NCBI GenBank assembly: GCA_021818925.1 | Contig: JAKASU010000001.1 | Location: 441,568-505,567, forward strand | Direction: 5' to 3' | DNA from: Candidatus Micrarchaeota archaeon | GTDB lineage: Archaea > Micrarchaeota > Micrarchaeia > Micrarchaeales > CABMGC01 | Length of the DNA stretch: 64,000 nt | Part shown: one piece after another, positions 41,744 to 51,736 of the stretch | Layout of the letters: each line of letters begins with the position of its first letter | Numbering within the stretch: the first letter of the stretch is position 1 | The notes under the pieces: generated by a model | The model's database searches: none | Told to the model about the DNA's origin: nothing | What the model saw: the letters and a program-made list of their open reading frames with translations, nothing else | Translations under genes and position numbers: made by a program

Positions 41744-43831
41744 GTGGAAGAGGTGCTGATGCAGAGTCCGACGAGCAAGGGGCTCGAGGACCGTTTTATC
41801 GAGTTCTACAACGCCTACTACATACAGGACATAAATAGCATGTTCCTCTCCTATCCGCAGAAGCGCGCCGTATACATAGACATTAAGATGCTTGAGAAGT
41901 TCGACAGCGAGCTCGCCAACGAGCTGATAAGCAATCCCGACGCGGTGATGCCGAGCGCGTCTTCCGCTCTGCTGAGGCTGAGCCCCAGCCCGGAGACGAT
42001 GGAGAAGAGCGTCTATCCGAGATTCTATGGGCTTGGCGGCACTTCATCGCCGCTCATACAAGACGTGGGCTCAGACCACATAGGCAAGCTGCTCAGCCTC
42101 GACTCGCTCATAGTCAAGAAATCGGAGATAATACCCATGGTGCAGATCGGCGTGTACAAGTGCGCCCTCTGCGGCAACGTCACAAAGGTAGAGATAGAGC
42201 GCGACAACGTTCCTGATGTCTGCCCGCAGTGCAAGAGGCGCGCTCTCAGGCAGGTCAACGAGGAGAGCAAGTTCATCAATCTGCAGCGCATAGCCGTGCA
42301 GGACCCTCTGGAGAAGCTCAGGGGCAGCACGCCGACGTGGCAGCTCGAGATCTGGCTCGAGGACGACCTGGTGAACAGGCAGCAGCCCGGAGACCGCGTG
42401 GACATAACCGGCGTGCTCAGGATAAGGCCGCGCAGGAACGCGCACGGCAAGCAGGAGAAGGCGCAGTTCGCCATGTTCATCGATGCCGTTTCGATAATGG
42501 CTACGCAGAAGGAGTTCGCCGAGCTTGAGATAACGCAGGACGAGGAGAAAGAGATAAGGGAACTTGCAAAGGACCCTCACATCTTCGAGAAGATTGCGAA
42601 GAGCATCGCGCCTTCCATCTACGGCTACGATGAGATAAAGAAGGCGATGGCGCTGCAGCTCTTCGGAGGCACGCCCAACAAGAAGCTAGTGGACGGGAGC
42701 CTGGTAAGGAGCGACATGCACATACTGCTCATAGGCGACCCGGGAAGCGCCAAGACAAGGCTGCTGCAGGCGATAACGAGCATAGTGCCGAAGGGCATCT
42801 ACGTGAGCGGGAAGTCTACTACATCAGCAGGGCTTACCGCAGCCGCGGAGAGGGACGAGTTCTCCGAGGGCGGATGGACCCTCAAGGCGGGGGCGCTGGT
42901 TCTCGGCTCAGGAGGAGAGGTCTCCATAGACGAGTTCGACAAGGTCAGCGACGACGACAAGTCTGCGTTGCTGGAGGCGATGGAGTCGCAGACAATAAGC
43001 ATTGCAAAGGCGGGCATAGTTGCGAGGTTCAACGCCAAGGCATCGATACTGGCGGCTGCGAACCCGAAGTTCGGCAGGTTCGAGACCAACGTTCTCCCGG
43101 CTGAGCAGTTCGACATACCTCCCACGCTGCTCTCCAGGTTCGACCTCATCTTCCCGATCAAGGACCTCATAGACGAGACGCTGGACAGGAACATAGCACA
43201 TCACATACTGGTGCAGCACGCAGCCGCTGGCGCGGCGATAGCCGAGATGAAGGAGTACGAGCAGGTGGAGGCGCCGCCGATAAAGGCGGAGACGCTGAGG
43301 AAGTACGTCGCCTATTCGAAGAGGAACTGCACGCCGAGGCTCGCTACAGAGGCGATAGAGCGCATACAGAACTTCTACCTCGAGCTCAGGAAGCTCGGAA
43401 TGCGCTCGGGCACCACGCCGATGACCCCGAGGCAGATAGAGGGCATCGTCAGGCTCGCGGAGGCGAGCGCTAAGAGCAGGCTCTCCGACGTTGTGGAGAT
43501 GCGCGACACGGAGATAGCGATAGGGCTCGTGAACTATATGCTGCAGACTCTTGCGGTGGAGAAGGGCGGTGCGGTCAACATAGACATACTTACCACAGGC
43601 TTCTCCAGGGAGAAGGTCGACAGGCTGAACCTGATCTCCGGCATAATAAAGAAGCTTGAGCAGGCCTCTCCGGAAAAGATGGCGAAGTACGAGCAGGTGA
43701 TAGAGGAGGCGGAGAAATCGGGCATGGACAAGTCCACGGCTAAGAGGTACATAGACGACCTGAGCCGCACCGGGGACATATACACGCCGAAGCCTGGATT
43801 CTTGAAGACGGTAAGGCACGAAGCGGAATAG
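41744..43831 (+). CDS. mcm: MCM replicative helicase
   Basis: Zn motif CALCGN...CPQCKRR, Walker A IGDPGSAKTRLL, Walker B SIDEFDKV, arginine finger SRFDLIF, and a C-terminal winged helix. Confidence 0.95.
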   Translation: MEEVLMQSPTSKGLEDRFIEFYNAYYIQDINSMFLSYPQKRAVYIDIKMLEKFDSELANELISNPDAVMPSASSALLRLSPSPETMEKSVYPRFYGLGGTSSPLIQDVGSDHIGKLLSLDSLIVKKSEIIPMVQIGVYKCALCGNVTKVEIERDNVPDVCPQCKRRALRQVNEESKFINLQRIAVQDPLEKLRGSTPTWQLEIWLEDDLVNRQQPGDRVDITGVLRIRPRRNAHGKQEKAQFAMFIDAVSIMATQKEFAELEITQDEEKEIRELAKDPHIFEKIAKSIAPSIYGYDEIKKAMALQLFGGTPNKKLVDGSLVRSDMHILLIGDPGSAKTRLLQAITSIVPKGIYVSGKSTTSAGLTAAAERDEFSEGGWTLKAGALVLGSGGEVSIDEFDKVSDDDKSALLEAMESQTISIAKAGIVARFNAKASILAAANPKFGRFETNVLPAEQFDIPPTLLSRFDLIFPIKDLIDETLDRNIAHHILVQHAAAGAAIAEMKEYEQVEAPPIKAETLRKYVAYSKRNCTPRLATEAIERIQNFYLELRKLGMRSGTTPMTPRQIEGIVRLAEASAKSRLSDVVEMRDTEIAIGLVNYMLQTLAVEKGGAVNIDILTTGFSREKVDRLNLISGIIKKLEQASPEKMAKYEQVIEEAEKSGMDKSTAKRYIDDLSRTGDIYTPKPGFLKTVRHEAE

Positions 43832-43869
43832 ATCAAAACAATCAGATAAGCGACATTGGTTAGTTCTTG

Positions 43870-43890
43870 GGCGGATTCATGGAATCCGCC
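43870..43890. repeat. Perfect 9-bp inverted repeat hairpin (GGCGGATTC-ATG-GAATCCGCC) downstream of mcm
   Basis: Read directly from the sequence. Located 39 nt after the mcm stop. Confidence 0.6.
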
Positions 43891-43933
43891 ACGGCAATAA
43901 ATCCGACCGCGAGGCGGCGCTGACCACTGCTAT

Positions 43934-43943
43934 AGTTTAAATA
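43934..43943 (+). promoter_or_regulatory. TATA-like box AGTTTAAATA
   Basis: 34-43 nt upstream of ATG 43977. Confidence 0.4.
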
Positions 43944-43976
43944 CTTTAACGAAGATAAGTTTCTGTCGGCGACCTG

Positions 43977-44390
43977 ATGAAGATACTCGACCTGTTCGGC
44001 AAGAAAGACGCGGCTGCTGAGGTAGGCAGGAGCCTGCCCTACCAGATCTCATACGAGTTCATACCCTTCAGGCTCTACGCTAACAGGAAGGGATCGAGCA
44101 TGCTTCTCATGAGGCTCAAGAACCTCACCACGGAGCCCGTCCTCAGCTCGCTAGTGGTGCAGGTGCCGAAGGGCCTGAGCCTTGACGAGACCGGGCTCTC
44201 GGGGGCAAAGGAGATGCGCGTCGGGACCCTTGCGCCAGGAGAGGAGAAGCAGGTTAAGGCGGACGTCTTCGGGGACATCGGCACTGACAAGGGCGAGTAC
44301 ACGCTTTCCATAACGGCATTCATACACTACCGCGACTACGGCCACGTGCTGAACGCGATGAAGAAGAAGACAGTGCTGGAAGTGGTGTAA
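43977..44390 (+). CDS. Hypothetical protein (beta-rich)
   Basis: 137-aa ORF with AGTTTAAATA 34-43 nt upstream. Confidence 0.5.
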   Translation: MKILDLFGKKDAAAEVGRSLPYQISYEFIPFRLYANRKGSSMLLMRLKNLTTEPVLSSLVVQVPKGLSLDETGLSGAKEMRVGTLAPGEEKQVKADVFGDIGTDKGEYTLSITAFIHYRDYGHVLNAMKKKTVLEVV

Positions 44391-44703
44391 CGTTCGAGAA
44401 AGCGGGCAAGAGGAGCTGGTACTTCCGCGGTGTGGGCGTCGGGCTCGTAATCTCATGGGTCACAGGAGCCATTGCCTACTACGTCTCAGGCAACGCGGTG
44501 CTTCTGGAGATAGTTGAGTTGGAGTTCATAGTGAGCGTGGGGGCTTTCGTTGTGGCCTACGTGACGAGAAAGGGAAAGTAGCCGTGCATTTGCTGCAAAA
44601 ACGGGCTTTTTGTGCTTTTCCGAGAGTAAAGGAAGTCACAGGAATTACATAACGGATTTAAATGTTATCAGTATAGAAAATATCGTGTTTCCAAGGCGAG
44701 AAC

Positions 44704-44958
44704 ATGGTAAAATACGTTATTGCTGAGCAACTTATCGGCAAGGAGGTCGTCACCACTGACGGCATAGATCTGGGAAGGTTCCTGGATGCGGAGCTGAACG
44801 AGGTCACCGGCAAGCTCACGAGCCTGATCGTTGAGCCTAATGCGGACAACGAGTTCGTGAAGAAGTTGGATGTGAAGGAGGGCAAGCTGAAAGTGCCATA
44901 TGACAGCGTAATGGCTGTGAACGACTACATAGTCGTTGACAGGAAGAGCGTTTCATAG
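44704..44958 (+). CDS. PRC-barrel domain protein
   Basis: LIGKEVVTTDGIDLGRFLDAELNEVTGKLTSLIV...VPYDSVMAVNDYIVV. Confidence 0.7.
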   Translation: MVKYVIAEQLIGKEVVTTDGIDLGRFLDAELNEVTGKLTSLIVEPNADNEFVKKLDVKEGKLKVPYDSVMAVNDYIVVDRKSVS

Positions 44959-44981
44959 GCCGTTTTTCCTCGCTCATGAAG

Positions 44982-44991
44982 GGTTTAAATG
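44982..44991 (+). promoter_or_regulatory. TATA-like box GGTTTAAATG upstream of rnhB
   Basis: About 30 nt upstream of ATG 45020. Confidence 0.45.
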
Positions 44992-45019
44992 TTTAGCATG
45001 AGCAATGCTTATCGAGAGT

Positions 45020-45730
45020 ATGATAATTGGGGGAGGGGACGAAGCGGGACGCGGGGCGGTCATCGGCCCTCTCGTTGTAAGCGTAATAGCGGTGAGCAAG
45101 GGCAGGGAGAGGAAGCTCTCGGAGATCGGGGTGAGGGACTCCAAGCTGCTCACAAGGAGGAAGCGCGAGTTCCTGTTCGATGAGATAAAGGAGGTGTGCG
45201 AGGAGGTAAAGGCATACCCGATAAGCAACGAGGAGATAAACGTGGCGATGCGCAGCGGCGTGTCGCTTAATCAGCTTGAGGCGATACGCTTTGCGCAACT
45301 TGTTGACACACTTGAGAGCAACGTTCAGAAGATGTACATAGACTCGCCAGACGTGCGTGCTGAACGCTTCGGAATGCGCATGAAGCTATCGGCAAAGAAG
45401 CCGATGCTTGTCGTGGGCGCGGCGGCGGGAAAGAAGGATAAGGCGAACGGGAGCATGCGCGTCATATCGGAGCACAAGGCCGACGCGAGGTATCCCGCGG
45501 TATCGGCCGCGAGCATAGTGGCGAAGGTGCTAAGGGACAGGGAGATGGAGAGGATAGAGCGCGAGAGCGGTGTGGAGATAGGCTCCGGGTACCCGAGCGA
45601 CAGGTACACGATAGAGGCGATTAAGACGAATCTTGCAAGCAAGAGGCTCAACCCGTACATACGCGAGTACTGGAAGACGTTGGCGAAGATAAAGCAGAGG
45701 AAGATCAAGGAGTTCGTAGGGTTTTCCTGA
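45020..45730 (+). CDS. rnhB: Ribonuclease HII
   Basis: MIIGGGDEAGRGAVIGPLVV, DSKLL, YIDSPD, and HKADARYPAVSAASIVAKV. The track start is 45005; ATG 45020 fits the GGTTTAAATG box at 44982-44991 better. Confidence 0.9.
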   Translation: MIIGGGDEAGRGAVIGPLVVSVIAVSKGRERKLSEIGVRDSKLLTRRKREFLFDEIKEVCEEVKAYPISNEEINVAMRSGVSLNQLEAIRFAQLVDTLESNVQKMYIDSPDVRAERFGMRMKLSAKKPMLVVGAAAGKKDKANGSMRVISEHKADARYPAVSAASIVAKVLRDREMERIERESGVEIGSGYPSDRYTIEAIKTNLASKRLNPYIREYWKTLAKIKQRKIKEFVGFS

Positions 45731-45855
45731 AGCTGCTTACAAGGATGTATATCTAGATTTCAAAATTTTTGAAATGGATTATTAAATTAATTGCGGAGAA
45801 ATAGTTTCTGGCGAGTGGGTTCTGCTTGCTTTTTGTGATAAGAAAGGTGTAGGGA

Positions 45856-48237
45856 GTGGCTTCTACCGATGATAAGAGTTCTGTGAAGAGTGAAGAGGAG
45901 GAATTGAAGATAGAGGGCGGCACGGTAGGCATACCGAAGGAGACCCTTGACTTCTTCAAGGGCGATGAGATACGCGCACGCGTATTCTACGAGAAGTATG
46001 CGCTCAAGGACGAGAGGGGCACTGTGCTTGAGAAGCTGCCGAGCGAGATGTGGTCGAGGATAGCTCGCGAGCTTGCGAACGTCGAGGGAGACGACGCGAA
46101 GAGGAGCGAGTGGTACGAGAAGTTCACCTGGCTGCTTGAGAACTTCAGGTTCGTTCCTGGTGGAAGGATAATGTTCGGCGCGGGGGCAAAGAAGAAGGCC
46201 ACGCTTCTGAACTGTTATGTCATCCCCGTTAGGGAGGACTCGCTAGAGGGCATATTCGACTGGTGCAAGGAGGCGGCGAGGACCTACAGCCTCGGAGGGG
46301 GGGTGGGCACAGACATAAGCGTGCTCAGGCCGCGCGGCGCAAGGGTGAACAACAGCGCCATCTTCTCGAGCGGCGCTGTGTCTTTCATGGAGATAATGAG
46401 CGAGACCACGCACACAATAGGGCAGAACGGGAGGCGCGGGGCGCTCATGATAACGATAAGCGTAGATCATCCGGACGTGATGGAGTTCATAAAGGTCAAG
46501 CAGAACCTGAAGAAGGTCAGGTACGCGAACATAAGCGTGCGCATAACCGACGAGTTCATGCGCGCAGTCGACGCTGATGCAGACTTCACCATGAGGTTCG
46601 ACAGCCCCAGGACAGGAAAGGTGGAGAAGACGGTCAAGGCCAGGGCCGTATGGAACGAGCTGATTCAGACAGCCAGGGACTGGGCCGAGCCCGGACTCAT
46701 ATTCTGGGACACTGTGAAGAGGTACTCGCCGAGCGAGTACAACGGAATGGAGGTGATTACAACAAACCCGTGCAGCGAGCAGCCTCTTCAACCATACGGA
46801 GCCTGCGACCTCGGCAGCCTGAACCTCTCCGCCTTCGTGCTTGACGCGTTCACCGATAACGCGAGGATGGACTGGGCGAGCCTGGAGAAGGCGACGAGAT
46901 ACGCGATGCGCTTCCTTGACAACGTGCTCGACTACAACGCGGAGAAGCACCCGCTCAGGATGCAGGCCGACGCGGTGGGCAAGAGCAGGAGGACTGGACT
47001 TGGGGTCACGGGCCTGGGAGACATGCTCGCGAAGCTCAGGATAAAGTACGATACGGAGGAGTCGCTGGCGTTCGTCGAGAAGCTCTTCACGGCGATAGAG
47101 AACGCTGCATACGACGAAAGCACCGAGATAGCCAAGGAGAAGGGGCCGTTCCCGCTCTTCGACAGCGAGAAGCACATGTCCATGCCCTTCATACAGACCC
47201 TTAACGACGGGCTTAAGCAGAAGATCGCGGCGAACGGGCTCAGGAACGTGGCGCTGCTGACGATACCTCCGGTAGGTAGCGGATCTGTGCTAGCTGGCAC
47301 ATCGAGCGGCATAGAGCCGATATTCGCGTTCAGCTACACACGCAGGAGCGAGTCGCTAAGCAAGGAGTACTTCAAGGTCTACCATCCGCTCGTGCTGGAC
47401 TACATGCAGGTCGCGGGACTCAAGGAAGACGCAAATCTCCCTGACTTCTTCGTGCCGGCCCATCACATAAAGGCTGAGTTCAGGGTCAGGCTGCAGGGCA
47501 TAATCCAGAAGCACATAGACAGCGCAATCTCGTCGACGGTTAACCTGCCGGAGAACACGACAGTTGAGCAGGTCGGGAATATCTACATGATGGCGTGGAA
47601 GGCCGGATGCAAGGGCATAACGGTCTACAGGGAGGGATCACGCGAGGGCATACTCATAACCGACGAGGAGGAGAAGAAGAAGGAAGCTGCTAAGGCGAAG
47701 CCCGCGGCACAGGAGGAATGGAAGAGGCCTCAGGCTCTGATCGGAAGAACCGTGAAGCTGAAGATGCAGCAGACATCGCTCTACGTAACCGCCAACTTCG
47801 ACGAGGAGAACAAGATAAGGGAGGTGTTTGTCAACATGGGACACACGGGAAGCCAGGAGAAGAGCTATACCGAGGCCATCGGCAGGCTCATCAGCAGGTA
47901 CGTGCAGCTCAACGGCGACCTCAGTGACGTGATAACCAGCCTGAAGGGCATAAAGGCGAACGACTCCATAACCTGGGACCGCGGGCTCAAGCTCTACAGC
48001 GTGCCCGACGCAATCGCGAAGGCGCTGGAGATGGTGGTGAGCGCATCGAGCCTCAAGGCTGTGCCGCTCGGCGTCAAGGAAGGAGAGGATGGATCCGGCT
48101 ACCAGCTTCGCGTGAGTGCGGACAAGGAGGGCAGCAGCATAAAGCCGGAGATGTGCCCAGAGTGCAGCGAGATGTCGCTCGTGCACGAGAGCGGGTGCTA
48201 CACCTGCCAGAACTGCGGATACACCAAGTGCGCGTGA
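45856..48237 (+). CDS. nrdJ: Class II (adenosylcobalamin-dependent) ribonucleotide reductase
   Basis: TNPCSEQPLQPYGACDLGSLNLS active-site loop. C-terminal CPEC...CQNCG zinc ribbon. 793 aa. Confidence 0.9.
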   Translation: MASTDDKSSVKSEEEELKIEGGTVGIPKETLDFFKGDEIRARVFYEKYALKDERGTVLEKLPSEMWSRIARELANVEGDDAKRSEWYEKFTWLLENFRFVPGGRIMFGAGAKKKATLLNCYVIPVREDSLEGIFDWCKEAARTYSLGGGVGTDISVLRPRGARVNNSAIFSSGAVSFMEIMSETTHTIGQNGRRGALMITISVDHPDVMEFIKVKQNLKKVRYANISVRITDEFMRAVDADADFTMRFDSPRTGKVEKTVKARAVWNELIQTARDWAEPGLIFWDTVKRYSPSEYNGMEVITTNPCSEQPLQPYGACDLGSLNLSAFVLDAFTDNARMDWASLEKATRYAMRFLDNVLDYNAEKHPLRMQADAVGKSRRTGLGVTGLGDMLAKLRIKYDTEESLAFVEKLFTAIENAAYDESTEIAKEKGPFPLFDSEKHMSMPFIQTLNDGLKQKIAANGLRNVALLTIPPVGSGSVLAGTSSGIEPIFAFSYTRRSESLSKEYFKVYHPLVLDYMQVAGLKEDANLPDFFVPAHHIKAEFRVRLQGIIQKHIDSAISSTVNLPENTTVEQVGNIYMMAWKAGCKGITVYREGSREGILITDEEEKKKEAAKAKPAAQEEWKRPQALIGRTVKLKMQQTSLYVTANFDEENKIREVFVNMGHTGSQEKSYTEAIGRLISRYVQLNGDLSDVITSLKGIKANDSITWDRGLKLYSVPDAIAKALEMVVSASSLKAVPLGVKEGEDGSGYQLRVSADKEGSSIKPEMCPECSEMSLVHESGCYTCQNCGYTKCA

Positions 48238-48242
48238 CATGC

Positions 48243-48542
48243 ATGACTGAGAGGCTTGCATCTGAAGCTGAGTTCGACAAGCAGGCAGCAAGACTTTTCC
48301 TTGGCTCTGATGGCAGGGCGAAGAGCGAGATTTCGCTGAAGGATTTTGAGGCTATGCGGTCGCGCTTCAAGAATATGCCGAACCTGAACGAAAGGCTCGT
48401 TGCCTATTGCTGCGGATCAGAGGCGGGAGTGGAGGTGCACGGGGTGCGAAAGGGAGCGGTGGAGATCTACCTGATAGACAGGTTCCACGGCAGGCTCTAC
48501 CACATGCTTGCGGAACTGCTTCCCGAGAAGAGGGCTACGTGA
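48243..48542 (+). CDS. Hypothetical protein
   Basis: 99 aa from the first ATG after the nrdJ stop. The track ORF start lies inside nrdJ. Confidence 0.4.
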   Translation: MTERLASEAEFDKQAARLFLGSDGRAKSEISLKDFEAMRSRFKNMPNLNERLVAYCCGSEAGVEVHGVRKGAVEIYLIDRFHGRLYHMLAELLPEKRAT

Positions 48543-49020
48543 CCTTGGAGATCAGCCGGCCGACAACCGTGTGCGGGAAGCCGCTCGTCGTCTCGGTGTA
48601 GTTTATGGTCAGGTAGCCTGTGAACGTCGAGCCGGGGTTCTGGAACACGGTGCTGCTGCCCGCCCAGCACTGCACGTTGAACGTGTAGTTGGCACCTATC
48701 TGCATCTTTATCTGGTTGCTCGGAGGGTTGAGCGGATTGTACATGTGCGCAACTGTGTTGTTCGCGTTGCATCCGAAGGCGGTCAGGTTTATAGGGGTGA
48801 GAGTCGCCTGCAGCAGGTTTATCGAGGCGAGGCCGTTGCTTGCCATGAAGATACTGACGCAAGAGATGCCAGCGGGGAGTATGCACTGCGACGATATCAC
48901 GTTGCTCGGGTTGAATACCCCCATCGAGAAGAGCACCACCAGCACCAGGGCTATGACGAGGAGCGCCCAGCTGTAGGTCATCAAGTACTCCATTGCTGAC
49001 TGAAGTTTGAGCGGTCGCAT
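48535..49020 (-). CDS. Type IV pilin-like protein (class III signal peptide)
   Basis: N-terminus MRPLKLQSAMEYLMTYSWALLVIALVLVVLF. Four sequons, Cys pairs, FTGYLTINYT. Confidence 0.75.
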   Translation of the reverse strand: MRPLKLQSAMEYLMTYSWALLVIALVLVVLFSMGVFNPSNVISSQCILPAGISCVSIFMASNGLASINLLQATLTPINLTAFGCNANNTVAHMYNPLNPPSNQIKMQIGANYTFNVQCWAGSSTVFQNPGSTFTGYLTINYTETTSGFPHTVVGRLISKVT

Positions 49021-49076
49021 GATACCTATGCTACTGATACCCTTTTAAGATTTTTATTTCAAGAGAATCTGATTGT

Positions 49077-49784
49077 ATGTTGCTACCGATTCTCCTGCAG
49101 GACGCTTCGACATATGTTACGGCAGGCTCAGTCTACACCGAAAACACAATAGTCGTGCTCATCACTATGCTGATGATCCTCGCGCTGTCGGTGCAGATAG
49201 CCAGGAACTACTTCATGCGCATACTCAAGAAGTTTACGCTTAGGCTCGCTGCAGATATTTGGTGGCTCGTGTACATACTGCTCAGGGACGCCAGCATCTT
49301 CCTGGTTGTCTTTCTGGGGTTCCTGCTGTTCTGGCCTGCCATATACCAGGATTTCCCGGTGGCGGTCCCGTTCGAGCCCCTAGCGATAGATTTCTACGCG
49401 ATGGCTCTTGTGCTCATGCTCGTTGTGGACACGGATGAGGTTCCTCTGTACAACAGCCTCATGACCATACTCGTGCTGATAGGCACTTTTATGTACATAA
49501 CTGGAGTTGTGTTCGTTACTGAGAGTGCTACGGCGCTGCCGATACTGCCGCCCACCGTGTCGCTATCAGCCAGCAACATATGGGGTTTCTTCAACGCAAA
49601 CTTCAACTCCATCAACAATCCGGCGCTTTCCATATATACCTTCTATGTTGCCTTCGGCATACTCTCGCTCTGCGGCCTCATCGCGGTGCTTTATTCTTTC
49701 AAGGGAGGCTTGCTGAACAGGCTTATAGAGCCGAAACCCAAACCGGCGGTGAAGGAGACGATAAACCCGCCGCAGCCGAAGTGA
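49077..49784 (+). CDS. Integral membrane protein, unknown function
   Basis: About 6 hydrophobic helices. Divergent from the pilin gene. Confidence 0.6.
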   Translation: MLLPILLQDASTYVTAGSVYTENTIVVLITMLMILALSVQIARNYFMRILKKFTLRLAADIWWLVYILLRDASIFLVVFLGFLLFWPAIYQDFPVAVPFEPLAIDFYAMALVLMLVVDTDEVPLYNSLMTILVLIGTFMYITGVVFVTESATALPILPPTVSLSASNIWGFFNANFNSINNPALSIYTFYVAFGILSLCGLIAVLYSFKGGLLNRLIEPKPKPAVKETINPPQPK

Positions 49785-49791
49785 GCTGCGC

Positions 49792-50247
49792 ATGCCTTTC
49801 AAGTACACGTTTGATGATAACAAGTGCATACAGTGCGGCATTTGCGGCGATGTCTGCCCCGTCAACGCCCTAGACTTCACAAGGCCGAGGCACAAGAATG
49901 TTGAAGACGCGAGAGGGCAACCGCCGTCAGCAGAGGACATGACCGAGTATCCGATACAGGTCGACAAGTGCATAGGCTGCATGATCTGCCCGACAGAGTG
50001 CCCGGTGTCGTGCATAGCGATCATCTCTGTGCCAAAGGAACCCCGATATCATGCCAAGCAGGGGCCGATGCTTACGGAGGAACCCACAAAGGACGAGTTC
50101 TCGCTCTCGAAGTACACGAAGGTTAGGCCGACAAAGGCGAAGGTCAGGGACCCTTGGGGAAACGAATGGCACTATATCCCACACACCGGACCCAGGGCCG
50201 CGAAGAAGCCCTCCGAGGTCTGGGAGAAGCATGAAGAGATGGACTAA
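49792..50247 (+). CDS. 2x[4Fe-4S] ferredoxin-domain protein with C-terminal extension
   Basis: CIQCGICGDVCP and CIGCMICPTECP. Confidence 0.85.
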   Translation: MPFKYTFDDNKCIQCGICGDVCPVNALDFTRPRHKNVEDARGQPPSAEDMTEYPIQVDKCIGCMICPTECPVSCIAIISVPKEPRYHAKQGPMLTEEPTKDEFSLSKYTKVRPTKAKVRDPWGNEWHYIPHTGPRAAKKPSEVWEKHEEMD

Positions 50248-50843
50248 TGAGCAGAGTAGTAATAGTTCACAGATGGGGAGGCGACTCTGAAAGCGACTGG
50301 ATACCTTGGCTGAAGGCGGAGCTGGTAAGCAGGGGAGTTAACGCAGTGGCACCTGACATGCCCAACACCGATGCCCCTAAAATCGAGGAGTGGGTACACT
50401 TTCTTTCGGACCTTGTCAAAGAGGCGGACAGAGACCTGTTCTTCGTGGGCCACAGTATAGGATGCCAGACGATACTGAGGTACCTGCAGACGCTGCCTGA
50501 AGGCGTGAGGATAGGCGGCGCTGTGTTCGTTGCCGGTTGGACCAGGCTTACGGGCATGACCGAGGAGGAGAAGCCGATTGCAGTGCCATGGGAGACAACG
50601 CCGATAGACTGGCAGAAGGCTTCATCCCATTCCGAATCGTTTGTGGCAATCTACTCTGACGATGATCCATACGTGCCTGTGGAGAACTCGCAGGTCTTCA
50701 AGGAGAAGCTGAATGCAAAACTTGTGCTTGATTCAGGCAGAGGCCATTTCACCGATGACGAGGACGACGTCACGCAGCTGCCGACTGCGAGGGACGAACT
50801 GCTTGTCATAATGGGACTGCCAGTTGAGACAACGCTCATTTAG
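50247..50843 (+). CDS. Alpha/beta hydrolase (YdeN/RBBP9-like serine hydrolase)
   Basis: VVIVHRWGGDSESDW and nucleophile elbow VGHSIGC. Confidence 0.7.
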   Translation: MSRVVIVHRWGGDSESDWIPWLKAELVSRGVNAVAPDMPNTDAPKIEEWVHFLSDLVKEADRDLFFVGHSIGCQTILRYLQTLPEGVRIGGAVFVAGWTRLTGMTEEEKPIAVPWETTPIDWQKASSHSESFVAIYSDDDPYVPVENSQVFKEKLNAKLVLDSGRGHFTDDEDDVTQLPTARDELLVIMGLPVETTLI

Positions 50844-51732
50844 TGACGACGGCGCATGAGTCCTTCTCAACCACTACCTCCTTCTCCGCCTGAGCCACCA
50901 TGCCCCTGCTCCTCTCGACGAGCGTGGGGAACGGCTCTATGACCCCGAACGAGTTTAGCTCGTTAAGCGCCTTCCTTATGCCGAACTCAGAGGAGAACTC
51001 TTTTGAGAGCCACCTTATCGCGAAGGGATACGTGCTGTAGTTCTTGTCTATGCTCTCGGCCATCTTCCTTGTCTCGGGGGATCGTGCGCTCGCGTCGCCG
51101 GTCTTCTGGAAGATCTGGACCGTGTCGCTGTCCGTTACGAAGCCGTCGCCAGTTGTAAGGAACGTCTCAACTGCTATGACCTGCCCCTCTTCCAGCTTTG
51201 TCGTGTCGCCGTTGTCGAAATTGGGTATGAAGATGCTCGCGTGCAGTTCCTCGCGCTCGATCGCGTGGCCTCCGAGGTTCCTTATCGGCTGGAATCCCTT
51301 CTTCTTTGCGAGCTGCTCTACCTCCCTGCCTATCGAGTTTAGCTCGGCGCCCGCCTTCACCTTGCTAAGCGCCGCCTGGAGCGCCTCCTCCGCTGCTTCT
51401 ACCAGCTGCGCGTGCTTGCCAGAGAGGTCTACGCAGACGGCGCAGTCTCCAAGAACGTCGTCGGAGCGCGCGCCAAGGTCAACCTTCACCAGGTCCTTGT
51501 CTGTGAACCGCAGCTTGTCATTTATCAGCGCGGTGTAGTGGGCCGCCTGCTCGTTTATCGATATGTTTACCGGAAACGCCGGCGCCATTCCCTTGCCCCT
51601 GATGAACTCCTCTGCCTTCTCGCATACGTCGTATACCATTGCCCCGGCCTTGACCAGGCCCTTGGCGTACTGCAGCGCCTCGTAGGAGACCCTGCCCACT
51701 TCCTTCAGCTTTTCGTAATTGTAATCCTGCAT
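50836..51732 (-). CDS. map: Methionine aminopeptidase, type 2 (archaeal)
   Basis: AFPVNISINEQAAHYT, VKVDLGA, NLGGHAIE and AVETFLTTG. Confidence 0.9.
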   Translation of the reverse strand: MQDYNYEKLKEVGRVSYEALQYAKGLVKAGAMVYDVCEKAEEFIRGKGMAPAFPVNISINEQAAHYTALINDKLRFTDKDLVKVDLGARSDDVLGDCAVCVDLSGKHAQLVEAAEEALQAALSKVKAGAELNSIGREVEQLAKKKGFQPIRNLGGHAIEREELHASIFIPNFDNGDTTKLEEGQVIAVETFLTTGDGFVTDSDTVQIFQKTGDASARSPETRKMAESIDKNYSTYPFAIRWLSKEFSSEFGIRKALNELNSFGVIEPFPTLVERSRGMVAQAEKEVVVEKDSCAVVTK

Positions 51733-51736
51733 GAAA

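Noticed and set aside
44432-44581. A 49-codon GTG-initiated ORF encoding two hydrophobic segments (VGVGLVISWVTGAIAYYVSG...SVGAFVVAYVTRKGK).
   Set aside because: It has no ATG, SD or A/T box. The only start candidate is an internal-looking GTG. It is plausible as a small membrane protein, but the support is too weak to list it as a feature.
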